Below, piece after piece: positions 1 through 9,891 of a stretch of DNA of 64,000 nucleotides. The notes below the pieces were generated by a model, which saw nothing but the letters and a program-made list of their open reading frames with translations, ran no database searches and was not told the origin of the DNA. The stretch is from a virus (Duplodnaviria > Caudoviricetes): the IMG/VR virus record IMGVR_UViG_3300021978_000001, positions 96,001 through 160,000 of that record. One strand, given 5' to 3'. The stretch's first letter is position 1; every line of letters begins with the position of its first letter. A program made the position numbers and the translations under genes.

Positions 1-242
1 TCCAGGACACCGACCGCCTCACACCACTGCTCGGGCGTCTCGGGGACTTGTCCATACTCGTTAGCATAGAACGCGCTCGCTTGAGATACGAGGTAAGGCG
101 CGGGTGTCCCGGGACAGAGCTTGAGCATGCGGCGCGCGCAGATCTGGAAATACTCGCGGCAATCCCCCATACCGACGATGGCTGGGTTGTTACGAGGCTC
201 GTGGCGGACGGATTCGAGGAGGGTCTGATAACGGGTAGGCAT
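1..242 (-). CDS. hypothetical protein, runs off window edge
   Basis: ATG at 242 with GGAG RBS and upstream promoter motif; open frame MPTRYQTLLESVRHE... to position 1 (not in ORF track). Confidence 0.55.
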   Translation of the reverse strand, partial: MPTRYQTLLESVRHEPRNNPAIVGMGDCREYFQICARRMLKLCPGTPAPYLVSQASAFYANEYGQVPETPEQWCEAVGVL

Positions 243-272
243 GATGTGGTCTCCCTTGTGTGTTAAACGCTA

Positions 273-298
273 CACGTAAGGTATACCACAAAAGGAGA
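273..298 (-). promoter_or_regulatory. phage promoter motif TTTACG-N17-TATACC with extended TGTGG
   Basis: One of about 13 copies of TTTAC(G/A)-N12-TGTGG-TA upstream of minus-strand genes. Confidence 0.6.
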
Positions 299-392
299 GG
301 GGCGTAAATAAAAAGGCCCCACCTGCACCCACGCAGGTAAGGCCCCTCCAAGTCAGGACGTGCCCGACTCAGGCCATAATCTAAGCACGTGA

Positions 393-710
393 TCAGTTCA
401 AGGAAGGCATCTGGCGCATCATCGAGTCATCTTCGTCGAGCATCTGCGCGAACATTTCATAAGCGTCGTCGATGTGCCCGAGGTTCTCCTCAGAGAGAAA
501 CTTGTGCGTCTTGTGTTTCCCATCAGGTCCGATAGTGAGCAGCTCGTTCTTGTTCGGGAGGCACTGGAGCGCTACACCAGGGGGGACCATCACGAGACGT
601 TCATACTCGGGTCCGAGGTCTTCGAGAGGAATCACGACCAAATCCCTGGAAGTGTTCTCCCACACAGGATGCTCGATGTCCTTGATAAAGCGCCATTGCA
701 CAGGTGTCAT
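393..710 (-). CDS. hypothetical protein
   Basis: ORF track, tight packing with neighbours. Confidence 0.6.
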   Translation of the reverse strand: MTPVQWRFIKDIEHPVWENTSRDLVVIPLEDLGPEYERLVMVPPGVALQCLPNKNELLTIGPDGKHKTHKFLSEENLGHIDDAYEMFAQMLDEDDSMMRQMPSLN

Positions 711-712
711 GG

Positions 713-1465
713 TTACTCCAGGTAAGTGCGCGCCTCCGTGTCTGTCAAGACCTGGAGGCTATACGTGTGTAGCTTGTGGCGTGGTTCGATAACCTCGATC
801 CCCTCATCGGTATGCTCGACCACTGCCAGGTGTGTATCTTCCATCAGGAGATAGCTGCTCAAAGGCACAGCCTCGGGAGGGATACTTCGATCCCCTCGTG
901 TGTACCTCCAATCAGAAAGGATATAAGCCTGTTTTGAGTCTTCCTCGAACGCGCGCACGAGCTTGTATCTCGATTGCCCGATCACCACCGCCTCCGGGTC
1001 CTTCTCAGGGAAGCCCACGCTCGTGGCGCTCAAGGTTACCATACCTTCGTCAAAGAGCGAGTAAAAGGGGCGAGAGTAGAACTTGGGCGGGGGGTGCGGC
1101 AAGGGTTGCTTCCCATCCAGGAGCCTCGCCAGGAGTGATGAATGGTCTGCATCCACGAAGAAGGAGTACCAGGACTTGGGCCACGTGTCCTCTGGGGCAC
1201 GGTCCCGCAAGGCAAACTCATAGGTGCGGCATTCGAGCCAGGAACACACCGCGTTGACAAGCTGACCTGCCTCATCCGGTGTGAAGGGTTCGAGGTCTGC
1301 GAGCCTTTCGATCTCGCCTGCTGCCATCACCTCGCGTGCATGATCCAGCGCATCCATCAATGCCTCGCGTAACTCCTCTTGCGGGGGGAAAGGAGTGAGA
1401 GCATCCATCGCGCTCGCATACATCACTTGTTGCAAGGCTTTCAGGGCGTTACTTGCCTGTCTCAT
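713..1465 (-). CDS. hypothetical protein
   Basis: Long ORF; start moved to the ATG with GAGGA RBS to avoid overlap with the upstream gene. Confidence 0.65.
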   Translation of the reverse strand: MRQASNALKALQQVMYASAMDALTPFPPQEELREALMDALDHAREVMAAGEIERLADLEPFTPDEAGQLVNAVCSWLECRTYEFALRDRAPEDTWPKSWYSFFVDADHSSLLARLLDGKQPLPHPPPKFYSRPFYSLFDEGMVTLSATSVGFPEKDPEAVVIGQSRYKLVRAFEEDSKQAYILSDWRYTRGDRSIPPEAVPLSSYLLMEDTHLAVVEHTDEGIEVIEPRHKLHTYSLQVLTDTEARTYLE

Positions 1466-1496
1466 CGAAGTCCTCATGTCGGTTATGAGTTGGAGG

Positions 1497-2594
1497 TTAT
1501 AGGGTCGCATCCATCGGAATGTATTCGCCTTCGCTTTCCGGGTTGGCGCGCATCTTCGCCAGATACTTTCGGTACGCCTCGACACGTTGCTCGCATCGAG
1601 AAGCAGCCTGCTTTTCGATGTAGTAATCTTGTGTGCTCATGTAGTCGTGGTCTTTCCCATCATCCACAGGGAGGTTGATATGCCAGGGCACCTCTCCCAT
1701 CAACACGAGACGCTCACCAAAACGACCCCACAGGTACGACGCACACTCTCGACACTTGAGCCGGATTGAAGCCTCAGAGCCACGCGTTGCTGCCAGATGC
1801 AATGCCTCCCAGCCCGCAGACAACCAATCATCCTCCACGTCGTCAGGCATCATCCAGATGTTGCACGGCTTGGAGAAGGGGTAGACACGGAGCCAGCCGT
1901 CTGGCAAGGGGAGCGGGCGGGGCTGCGTGTCATACCAGGAACTCAGACCGATCCCATAGTAACGTTCCGAGGTGTCCTTGACGTGTTGGATGAGGGTATC
2001 ATCATCCGGGATGCCCGCGATAGTCGAGGGTCGCCACCACAAACGTTCGAGGTTGCACCAGGTTTCCAAGGTCTTCTCGATCATCGAGGAAACCTTATTT
2101 CCTTCCCTCTCGTCATGCTCTCTCATGGCTGCCTCGTGCCGCACGTACTCCTCTCGAAGCTGGCGCGAACCCTCCACCACATCTTCCATCGCGATCAGGG
2201 AGACGTCTCTGGGGACAAGCTGGCCATCGAGCCACTCGATACCATTGCCCAGGGTAAAGAAGAGGTGGTCGAGGACGCTCCATCGCGTGGGGCTGATTCC
2301 GGGGTATGCGCGAAAGCTGTACTGCATCTTCCACTCGACCGTGAACGGCTTTTTCTGTTGCAATACGATCCAACGTCGCCCAAGCTCGAAGGCTTCTGCT
2401 CTCGTAGAAGCGTACCCCGCCGTATAGTGCTCGACCGAGCCTTGCCCGTAACAATCAGGGGGATCTTCTTTCGACCCCCAATGGTAGGTGTACCCTTTGG
2501 GATAGGACACTTCGATGTAGCAACGATAGTGGTCCTCGCTGTAGTCTTCGGTGTGTATCGTGTAACGCCCGTGCTTTTCTGATTCAGTGGCCAT
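1497..2594 (-). CDS. hypothetical protein
   Basis: 365-aa ORF, GGAG RBS before MATESE. Confidence 0.7.
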   Translation of the reverse strand: MATESEKHGRYTIHTEDYSEDHYRCYIEVSYPKGYTYHWGSKEDPPDCYGQGSVEHYTAGYASTRAEAFELGRRWIVLQQKKPFTVEWKMQYSFRAYPGISPTRWSVLDHLFFTLGNGIEWLDGQLVPRDVSLIAMEDVVEGSRQLREEYVRHEAAMREHDEREGNKVSSMIEKTLETWCNLERLWWRPSTIAGIPDDDTLIQHVKDTSERYYGIGLSSWYDTQPRPLPLPDGWLRVYPFSKPCNIWMMPDDVEDDWLSAGWEALHLAATRGSEASIRLKCRECASYLWGRFGERLVLMGEVPWHINLPVDDGKDHDYMSTQDYYIEKQAASRCEQRVEAYRKYLAKMRANPESEGEYIPMDATL

Positions 2595-2640
2595 GGCTCC
2601 CCCTTGCATAGTCTAGTGAGGCGAGGAAATGGAAAACAGG

Positions 2641-2916
2641 TCAAGACTTGGGCGACAGCGCGAACTGTATGCCGGTCCTGTCTGGGTTCATATCGGTCTG
2701 AACCTCGACATGCCACTCCAAACCTTCGAGGTAAGCCTTGAGCGCGTCTACGTCAGATTGATAGATGCCGGTGAGGTACAGGGGAAACTCTGTACTTGCT
2801 TCGATCACCAGCTCCAACTCGCGCATGTAACGGTCGATGGTCTCTTGCTCTTGTCGTTTGGCTTCCGCACGCTTTTGTGCGTGGACCGCTGCAACGTCAT
2901 CGGGTGTCCAGGGCAT
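2641..2916 (-). CDS. hypothetical protein
   Basis: GAGG RBS and upstream promoter motif at about 2966-2990. Confidence 0.6.
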   Translation of the reverse strand: MPWTPDDVAAVHAQKRAEAKRQEQETIDRYMRELELVIEASTEFPLYLTGIYQSDVDALKAYLEGLEWHVEVQTDMNPDRTGIQFALSPKS

Positions 2917-3012
2917 AAAAAACCTCCTCATGTTGTCGTGTCGTCTTCGAGTGACTGTCCACTCTTGTTACCACAACATAAGGAGGCTGTAAACCTAAAA
3001 ATCAGCGGCCCA

Positions 3013-3708
3013 TCAAGGCGTGCTTTGCGATGCGTCTTGCGCATCTGCATTCGAGGTGTTGTTCGCGTTCGCGAGGCGGTCGGTCTCCTGCTTCACCTCC
3101 TCATCGGAGATGTTGTAGCCGCCACCCTTACGCCACGCACGCACGGCGCTGGAGTTGGCGCTGTAGAGCGCGCGAGCACCATCACTGCTCGCCTCATAGT
3201 TCGCGGAGAAATTGATGTTGAGGTCTTGCGCAGCGGCGTGTGCATCCATGTTCGCAGCAAGGAAGACAAACTTCCAGTTGTACTTGTCCTGCTGGTGCTC
3301 GATCATCTCGCTCACCTGCTGCTGCGTGTATTCCCTGGACGAGTTCTCCGCACCGTCCGTGATGATCACGACCATCACACGACCAGGACGCTCTGCTTCC
3401 TCCATGGCGCGGTAACGCTCTCCCATGGAGTCGATCGCGCCTCCCACCGCATCGTAAAGCGCCGTACCCCCCGAGCAGCGATAAAGCGCTTCGGTCAACG
3501 GCTCAAGCGCCTGCACATCGCTCAAAGGGTACAGCTCGGTTACCTCCGTGTTGAACGTGATCACACCCAGACTACAGTCATCCGCGTCTTCCTCTTGCTG
3601 CTCCGAGAGGAAGCTGTTGAACCCTTCGATGGCATCAATCTTGATGCGGTTCATCGAACCTGAAGCATCGAGCACACACATGATCTCGGTCTTGTTCTCG
3701 TTTGGCAT
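3013..3708 (-). CDS. von Willebrand factor A (vWA) domain protein
   Basis: MIDAS motif VLDASGSM, GGTALYDA, VVIITDGAEN. Confidence 0.9.
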   Translation of the reverse strand: MPNENKTEIMCVLDASGSMNRIKIDAIEGFNSFLSEQQEEDADDCSLGVITFNTEVTELYPLSDVQALEPLTEALYRCSGGTALYDAVGGAIDSMGERYRAMEEAERPGRVMVVIITDGAENSSREYTQQQVSEMIEHQQDKYNWKFVFLAANMDAHAAAQDLNINFSANYEASSDGARALYSANSSAVRAWRKGGGYNISDEEVKQETDRLANANNTSNADAQDASQSTP

Positions 3709-3840
3709 GTAGACTCCTTTGTGGTTGTACAAGTACGATCTGCCATAAAAAAGGGCACCTCCCCTATGGGGGTGCCCATCGGTCAGCTCAGTGTACCCGA
3801 GCCGCGCGCTCACGTCTATATGTGTTTTGTGTTTTGAGAG

Positions 3841-3929
3841 AAGAGGGTAGGGGACTCGAACCCCTGTACCGCACTCAAGCGATGCCTCACCGTTCCAAGG
3901 TGGCCGTTTACCAACTCACGCAACCCTCC
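3841..3929 (-). tRNA. tRNA-Ser(GGA)
   Basis: Cloverleaf with long variable arm, loop TTGGAAC, T-loop TTCGAGT. Confidence 0.8.
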
Positions 3930-3979
3930 GCGTGAGATTGAAAACCCACAACATAGCGGTGATATTCCTGGTGCGAGGC

Positions 3980-4216
3980 TTACTGGCTACGTGACTTGAG
4001 ATCACGATACGCCGCGAGCGCATCACGAAGGCCCATGGTGTGGTTTCCCGACCCAGGTTTCGAGGTATACAACTCGAAGCCATTGCGACACACCGCGTAG
4101 AAGGGCAAGCGTTCCTTGATGTACTCGCACCGCCAGACCTCTTCCCCGTCTTCAAGCGTTTGAATCCGGGTGGCGTAAAGGTCATCGCGCTCATTGATCT
4201 TCCTGGCAACTTGCAT
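3980..4216 (-). CDS. hypothetical protein
   Basis: ORF with RBS and upstream TTGACG promoter. Confidence 0.5.
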   Translation of the reverse strand: MQVARKINERDDLYATRIQTLEDGEEVWRCEYIKERLPFYAVCRNGFELYTSKPGSGNHTMGLRDALAAYRDLKSRSQ

Positions 4217-4293
4217 GGGTTATCCCTCTTGTGATGCTGAGTTGGCGTGCTACATTGAGATACAGCTATAGATACCCCAACACACTGTTACCG

Positions 4294-4668
4294 TCAAGAT
4301 TTATCTTCGAGCGAAGACGCCTCCTGCGCGGCGTTTGCGAGGCGCTGCGCCTGGGAAAGCTCGACGCGCACCTGTTGGTACTGATTGTCTCGACGGCGCC
4401 AGAGCCACGCAGGGATGCCTGTATATTGGAACAGGCGCAGGCACACTTCGTCACTCAACACAGCTTCCCCCGCGAGGATGCGCTTGATGTACGCGAGTTC
4501 GATATGCGTCTTGGTGGCGAACTGCTCCTGGGTGATGTATGTCTTCTGCAAATATTCATGCAGCATGTCACCCGGGCACTGGACATGCTCGTTTTTATAG
4601 GTGCGCTCCCGATCACGATCATCATGATTGGCGAACCCACTTGCATCCACATTCTTTTCGCGTGCCAT
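4294..4668 (-). CDS. HigA-like XRE/HTH antitoxin
   Basis: PGDML.EYL...ITQEQFA...HTH...LRL...TG.PA.LW...NQY pattern of the HigA family. Confidence 0.75.
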   Translation of the reverse strand: MAREKNVDASGFANHDDRDRERTYKNEHVQCPGDMLHEYLQKTYITQEQFATKTHIELAYIKRILAGEAVLSDEVCLRLFQYTGIPAWLWRRRDNQYQQVRVELSQAQRLANAAQEASSLEDKS

Positions 4669-4669
4669 A

Positions 4670-5446
4670 TTACTTCCTCTTGGTCAGGGTAGATAACTCT
4701 TCTGGAGTAAACAACGGAGTGAGCCCGAGGTCTTCGCGAGTCCACATGCAGACAGTGTGGTAGTCTTCACAGATCTCCTCTTCAGGAGCGAGCCACCCCC
4801 ACACGTGACAGGAAGCGTGACTCCACATGACATCGAGACCTGGTGCGTTATGGTAAAACCACTGAAACATCTCGGTCCGGGACTCCGCGCCACAGAACTC
4901 CTGTTCGACCTGCTCGATGACTTCCATAATCGAAACGGTCTCACCCTCGAACTCGATAGAGACGCCATCTGCTGGTTTCTCAGCGAGCAAGAGCACCAGA
5001 CGCAGCTCACCCTCGCCATCCTCTGCGATCGTAAATTCACGTCGGATCGCGAGCACACGCTCACCCAATACCTCGAAGAACCTCGCCGCCAGTTGACGGT
5101 CCGCGCCTTCGTATCCCGAATGAGCCCATTCGATTTGAGCATAACGGAGTTGAGATGAAAGCACCACCAAAGTGTTCATCGACACGCGATGAAAGATGCC
5201 CTGGTCATCCACGATATGAAACCGATTGGTGGTCTCGTCATGCATCCAGACCATACCTTCACTAAGCTCGACATCACGCACAGACAACCTCCTCTTCGGG
5301 CCGGGAATCAACTCGGGCTTGAGCGCCCCCAGGCGACGCATACGATGCTCCTGTAGTGTCGCGTGAGCATAGATCATCGCCAGAAGCAAAAAGATCCCCA
5401 CGCCACCTGTCATCACGCCCATAAGGAAGGCAATATTCACGGCCAA
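4670..5446 (-). CDS. hypothetical protein with N-terminal TM helix
   Basis: Hydrophobic N-terminus, 258 aa. Confidence 0.65.
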   Translation of the reverse strand: MAVNIAFLMGVMTGGVGIFLLLAMIYAHATLQEHRMRRLGALKPELIPGPKRRLSVRDVELSEGMVWMHDETTNRFHIVDDQGIFHRVSMNTLVVLSSQLRYAQIEWAHSGYEGADRQLAARFFEVLGERVLAIRREFTIAEDGEGELRLVLLLAEKPADGVSIEFEGETVSIMEVIEQVEQEFCGAESRTEMFQWFYHNAPGLDVMWSHASCHVWGWLAPEEEICEDYHTVCMWTREDLGLTPLFTPEELSTLTKRK

Positions 5447-5472
5447 ACTCCCACTTCATTCCGGGTTGCTTC

Positions 5473-5745
5473 CTAACTGCGGTTCAGCGGATCATCCACG
5501 ACCGGGATGAACTTCTTGTGCAGGTCACGCTCGATAAGCAAGCGCAACACATCCGTCGCGCAGGACATCGCCGCCCATACATCCTCGGATGTAAGCTGCG
5601 GCATCTCTTCCAGGATTTGTTCGAGTGTCCAACCACTGGAAAGCAGCGACAGGATGAACTCCACGCTAACGCGCGTCCCCTGAATCGTCGGACGGCCATT
5701 CAACACAGCCTTATTCGATACAATACGCTTTCGCCAGTCTTGCAC
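5473..5745 (-). CDS. DUF433 family antitoxin-like protein
   Basis: IVSNKAVLNGRPTIQGTRVSVEFILSLLSSGWTLEQILEEMPQLT.EDV is a typical DUF433 pattern. Confidence 0.9.
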   Translation of the reverse strand: MQDWRKRIVSNKAVLNGRPTIQGTRVSVEFILSLLSSGWTLEQILEEMPQLTSEDVWAAMSCATDVLRLLIERDLHKKFIPVVDDPLNRS

Positions 5746-5823
5746 GTTCCACCTCGCAAATGCAACAGGAGCACACTGTCTCTGGCTAAAGCTAGAATAC
5801 CGTAGACGGGGTAAGTGGTAAAG

Positions 5824-6366
5824 TCAAGAGGTTTCTTTGGGGGGAGAAGGCGCCGTCAAGCCCATCAGATCACGACAAGTGTCACAAGCGACAAACATCC
5901 ACGATCCCCGATGCGCGCGGGAGCCATGCTGTCCGCACCATTCGCACATACAACGCGACGCTTGTTCCGCCATCAGGACGGCCCCATCGAGGCGGTCCGT
6001 GCTGTTCATCGTATAGATGCGCAGTGACCCGAGCTTGCTCTTGATGGTCGTGATCTCGAAGTCCTGCATCGGATTCTCGGGGTACTTCTCGAAGTAGGCG
6101 TTGACCCAGGTGTAGGGGTGCTGTGTCAAGTCATAACCATCTTCGAGCATACCCTCGCGGAGCTTGACGTTCTCTTGCCACCGACCATAAGCGTGATCCG
6201 CGATGGCGAGATAGCTCTCGACAAGCGGGAGCCACCCAAGCGGGGCGTACACACCCGTATCTTCCCCGAGCAGATGCGCATACTTCTCTTCGAGACGCTC
6301 GCGCCACTCCAACGCCTTTGCCTCACATTCCTGTCTAAACGCTTTCCTCTCTTCGGGCTCTTGCAT
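5824..6366 (-). CDS. hypothetical protein with C-terminal Cys motifs
   Basis: KSKLGSLRIY...CEWCG...CDTC. Confidence 0.65.
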   Translation of the reverse strand: MQEPEERKAFRQECEAKALEWRERLEEKYAHLLGEDTGVYAPLGWLPLVESYLAIADHAYGRWQENVKLREGMLEDGYDLTQHPYTWVNAYFEKYPENPMQDFEITTIKSKLGSLRIYTMNSTDRLDGAVLMAEQASRCMCEWCGQHGSRAHRGSWMFVACDTCRDLMGLTAPSPPKETS

Positions 6367-6385
6367 AGCTTATCCTCTGAGTCTG

Positions 6386-6781
6386 TTATAGGTACCAATC
6401 GACGGGAGGTAGGCCGGTCTTCTGATTGAGCGTGCCATCCCTGGGCACCCAGGCCCACTCGGGGTCCACTGTAGCAGCCGACACGCTCAAGATAAAGCCT
6501 GTGGGTGAATCTGTATCCGTTGTGACATCAGAAACAAACGCGAGGCTCTCCAGCATGCGAATGTAGTATTGGAAGTAAGGCTTGTACAGCTCCGATGCCT
6601 GGCTCTCATAGCTTTTCAGGAGATAGAGCGCATCACCATAACGAAGTCGGGGAGGATAGTTGGATGCTTCCTGCACCTGACCGATCACCTTGAGGAGATA
6701 GTCCACCTTGGCGCGCGCTTCCCGTAGCTTCTCCTCTTTGTCATGTTCTTTCTTCCAGGCACGAAAGGTGTTCTCGATCAC
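6386..6781 (-). CDS. hypothetical protein
   Basis: Start overlaps the upstream stop. Confidence 0.6.
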   Translation of the reverse strand: MIENTFRAWKKEHDKEEKLREARAKVDYLLKVIGQVQEASNYPPRLRYGDALYLLKSYESQASELYKPYFQYYIRMLESLAFVSDVTTDTDSPTGFILSVSAATVDPEWAWVPRDGTLNQKTGLPPVDWYL

Positions 6782-7032
6782 GTCTCTATGCTCCTATCTA
6801 TCATCTCATCCCAGGCATCGTCGAGACTTTTGCGATGCTCTTTCGCGCGTCGCAGGCTTCGCCTTGCTTGCTTCTCGCCAAGAAGATCCAGGCGTATGGC
6901 TGCCAGGAAATCAAAATCCGCTGCCGCCCGAAGACGCTCCTCGCGCGCCAACTGCTCTCGCGCCTGCACGGCACGTTTCTCCTGTTCTTCAGGGAGATTG
7001 AAGCGCCACTTCTTGAAGAGGTTGATGATCAT
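6778..7032 (-). CDS. hypothetical coiled-coil protein
   Basis: ATGA overlap with upstream gene. Confidence 0.55.
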   Translation of the reverse strand: MIINLFKKWRFNLPEEQEKRAVQAREQLAREERLRAAADFDFLAAIRLDLLGEKQARRSLRRAKEHRKSLDDAWDEMIDRSIET

Positions 7033-7355
7033 GGCGAGTCCCCAAGGCTCTCTTCGCTCTGTGTCTGCTCGGCATGCGTCAGGATGCGCAACATCTCCTC
7101 TCGTGAGAGCAGGTTCCTGGCGGCGCCCACGAAGTTGTTGGCGTCTTGCCAGGAGGTCTTGAGCTTGCCGTACAAGACCTGGAGATCCTTGTTCACAATG
7201 AGGAGCGAGAAGCGACCCAACCCTATGTCGAGCTGTTTGCCACGCACGTCCACGTAATACCCCACATTGTGCGCACCGAAGCACACCTGCAAGGTCGCGC
7301 CCGCCGTACTCGCATCTGCTGGAGCGGGTTTTGGCTTACCGAAACAACGCCACAT
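7029..7355 (-). CDS. hypothetical protein
   Basis: AGGAGG RBS; TTGACA promoter upstream. Confidence 0.6.
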   Translation of the reverse strand: MWRCFGKPKPAPADASTAGATLQVCFGAHNVGYYVDVRGKQLDIGLGRFSLLIVNKDLQVLYGKLKTSWQDANNFVGAARNLLSREEMLRILTHAEQTQSEESLGDSP

Positions 7356-7441
7356 GATTCCTCCTATGAAAAAACCTCCATGCCCATCATCGAACATGGA
7401 GGTTCCTTTCTACCTCAAAAGAAGTAACCCTGTCAAGTGTA

Positions 7442-8416
7442 TCAGGGTTTGAAGCTCTTGAACTTCTCGTGCACATAGTAAAAGTGCTCTCGCAAGGCTT
7501 CGCTCGGTACCCCTTGTAAGATGCCCATGAGATTCTGGAAGCCTTCATGCGGGAGCATCTCCGCCTGGAAACGCGAGACAGGCGGCGCATAGGTCATCGC
7601 CTGTATACGCGCACGTTCCTGGGCACGCTCGCGCGACGCAGGAGTACGGTGATGGAACGTGCGCACCTCTTCGGCCTCTTTGAGGTAGAACAACCCTCCA
7701 CGCACATTAACCCACCAGGGGAACCGTCTGGTCGTGAAAGAATACCCCCGGCTCGGGGTTTGCCAGGGTCTCACATACACCACACCTCCCAGAGGTGAGA
7801 CGTATGAGATGGTGCTGTCGATCTGTTGAAAGCACACCACTTCGCCCGCTTTCCCCCCTTCTGGACCCTTCGGGGTGTCATCGGGATGGTGGGTCCAGTC
7901 GATGTTCATCTGCATCATATACAGGAGACGGGTGGCGTCTTCCCGCTCAAGCGTCACCCCCTTCGAGGAGGTCACGGCCTTGTAACAGTGGTACGGGTCA
8001 TCCGTTCCATACGCAGGAACCAGGCACACCGCCCACACAAGCTCGGGCTCTTCTGCGGTCGCGAACATCGCCCACTCGCGCTCCATAGCCTTGGCCCACA
8101 GTGACGTGACTGTCCAATCCAGCAACGCATACAGCGGATCACAAGGCGAGGTGTACGCCACAAACAAGGCATCTGTGAGGGACTGGAGCGTCTCTGCGGC
8201 AAGCTCAGGCGATTCACGGCGCAGGGTAGGGTAGTACCAGTCCCAGTGCTCTGTGCGGTCAGGGTGGAGCCAGGGGAGCGCTGTGAGCGCAGAATACGCA
8301 CGAGCATAGCAACTGGGATATTGCTGCTGGGTAGAAGATCGCAGCTCACCGAGCAACGTGGCGTACACCCTGGCCAGGTGCGGATACCCTTCGAGCGTTC
8401 GGTGGTCGAGTTCCAT
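7442..8416 (-). CDS. hypothetical protein
   Basis: 324-aa ORF, TGATG coupling to the radical SAM gene. Confidence 0.7.
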   Translation of the reverse strand: MELDHRTLEGYPHLARVYATLLGELRSSTQQQYPSCYARAYSALTALPWLHPDRTEHWDWYYPTLRRESPELAAETLQSLTDALFVAYTSPCDPLYALLDWTVTSLWAKAMEREWAMFATAEEPELVWAVCLVPAYGTDDPYHCYKAVTSSKGVTLEREDATRLLYMMQMNIDWTHHPDDTPKGPEGGKAGEVVCFQQIDSTISYVSPLGGVVYVRPWQTPSRGYSFTTRRFPWWVNVRGGLFYLKEAEEVRTFHHRTPASRERAQERARIQAMTYAPPVSRFQAEMLPHEGFQNLMGILQGVPSEALREHFYYVHEKFKSFKP

Positions 8417-9891
8417 CACACACACTCCAAATACACAGTCGGTTCATACACGCGCATCTTATCCCATGCCTCTTGCATGCGTTCCTGCACATCGAACCAA
8501 CGTCCGTTCGTGTCTGCGAGGGGCACGCTGTATTCAGCGGGCGCGTAAGATGAGGGGCGAAGCTCCATCTCCATCAAATCGAGGTAACCCGAACGTGACC
8601 CTTCGAGCGTGTAGAAGTAAGTGTCGAGGTTGTTGGCGCGCAGCCCCTCTTCCCACGCCTTGGCGAGCTGGGTGTCGATCCCGAGGTACCTCCAGGGGCC
8701 ACTATCGCGCCACCCTGCGGTCTCGACAGACGTGATGATGCGCTCGTACAAGCCCGTCATATCATGCGTCTCGAAGTCTTTACCAAAGCCCACAGGCTTG
8801 TACCCGAGCAAGAGCACTTCGAGCTTGTGCTCTTGTGCGCGAGCCACGATCTCCACGATGTCATCGAGAGGCATCGTCCCCACCACCACATGCAAACGGA
8901 TCGAAGGTGCTCCAGGGAAGGTAGGCCGCGCTGCTGCGACCTTGAAGACTTCCTCCGGGCTGTGGCAAGAGAACCCCACGGCGCGGATGTGGCAGCCGAT
9001 GTCTGGCCCGAGGGAACGCAACCATGCCAGATTCCGCGTCGTCAAGCTCACGTTGAGGTTGGCCTTGCGCGCTTCATCGATAAACGTGTTGAGCCCTGGA
9101 TGCAACGTCGGCTCTCCCCCTCCCAGGGCCACCTCGAAGACACCCCATCTCGCGAGAGAGCGCGCCCACGAATGACGGAAGAGATCCGCATGTGAGCCAT
9201 CCATCGTCGAGCTTTGAGAACAGAACGCACACCCGAACGGGCAGTATTGGTTGATCTTGATGTCGAGAAGCTCGGGCACGGGCGCGCGCTCTCGCGGCTT
9301 CGGGTTCTTCTCGAAGCTGATCGTGACCTTGTTCCCGAACACAGGATCGAAGGTGACCCACCAGTCCCCCTCCTGACGCGCGTACACCACCCTGCTGAAG
9401 TGTTTCTCCATATCAAAGCGCTGCACGCTCCAATCACTGGTGCTCGTTTCTGCCTGTTCTCGGAGCGGATGGGTACCGCCGTTATCGTTCCCTCCGAGGA
9501 TCACAACATCTTCGCGCCCAAAGTAAGCTGCGACCGCACGCGCGAAGCCTTCATGCACATGCCCCGTGCTCATGTCACGAGGGAGATTCCACATGCTCTG
9601 GTGGTCGATAAAACCATCAGGGTCATAGGGGATACCCGTGATGCCTTCGACGGCTTGCGGCTTGATCCAGGCGGGCACATCCAACGCGTTGGCGAGGATC
9701 TGGTTGAAGTAGCGGAGCTTGTCTTCGGTTTCGGTCAAGGTGAATTGATCCCACCCAAACTGCTGGAGCCCCATATCCGGGGCGACAGGAGAGATACCTT
9801 GCTCTTGCGCGGACCCAGGCAACACGAGGATCGAGTGTGTGGAGGATGAGTTACTGGCGTGTCCCAGCCGGATGTTGTCTACGTGAATCAT
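8416..9891 (-). CDS. radical SAM protein
   Basis: CxxxCxxC (YCPFGCAFCSQ), ALGGGEPTLHP; N-terminal RLGHASNSSSTHS. Confidence 0.9.
   Translation of the reverse strand: MIHVDNIRLGHASNSSSTHSILVLPGSAQEQGISPVAPDMGLQQFGWDQFTLTETEDKLRYFNQILANALDVPAWIKPQAVEGITGIPYDPDGFIDHQSMWNLPRDMSTGHVHEGFARAVAAYFGREDVVILGGNDNGGTHPLREQAETSTSDWSVQRFDMEKHFSRVVYARQEGDWWVTFDPVFGNKVTISFEKNPKPRERAPVPELLDIKINQYCPFGCAFCSQSSTMDGSHADLFRHSWARSLARWGVFEVALGGGEPTLHPGLNTFIDEARKANLNVSLTTRNLAWLRSLGPDIGCHIRAVGFSCHSPEEVFKVAAARPTFPGAPSIRLHVVVGTMPLDDIVEIVARAQEHKLEVLLLGYKPVGFGKDFETHDMTGLYERIITSVETAGWRDSGPWRYLGIDTQLAKAWEEGLRANNLDTYFYTLEGSRSGYLDLMEMELRPSSYAPAEYSVPLADTNGRWFDVQERMQEAWDKMRVYEPTVYLECV

Noticed and set aside
2629-3663. Long plus-strand ORFs (e.g. 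2629-3663, 18047-19042, 37744-39366, 59855-61012)
   Set aside because: Antisense shadows of well-supported minus-strand genes in GC-rich DNA.
5903-5925. CRISPR-repeat-like string ATCCCCGATGCGCGCGGGAGC
   Set aside because: It lies inside a good ORF, needs two indels to align and lacks the 6-bp stem and GGACC end; probably chance.
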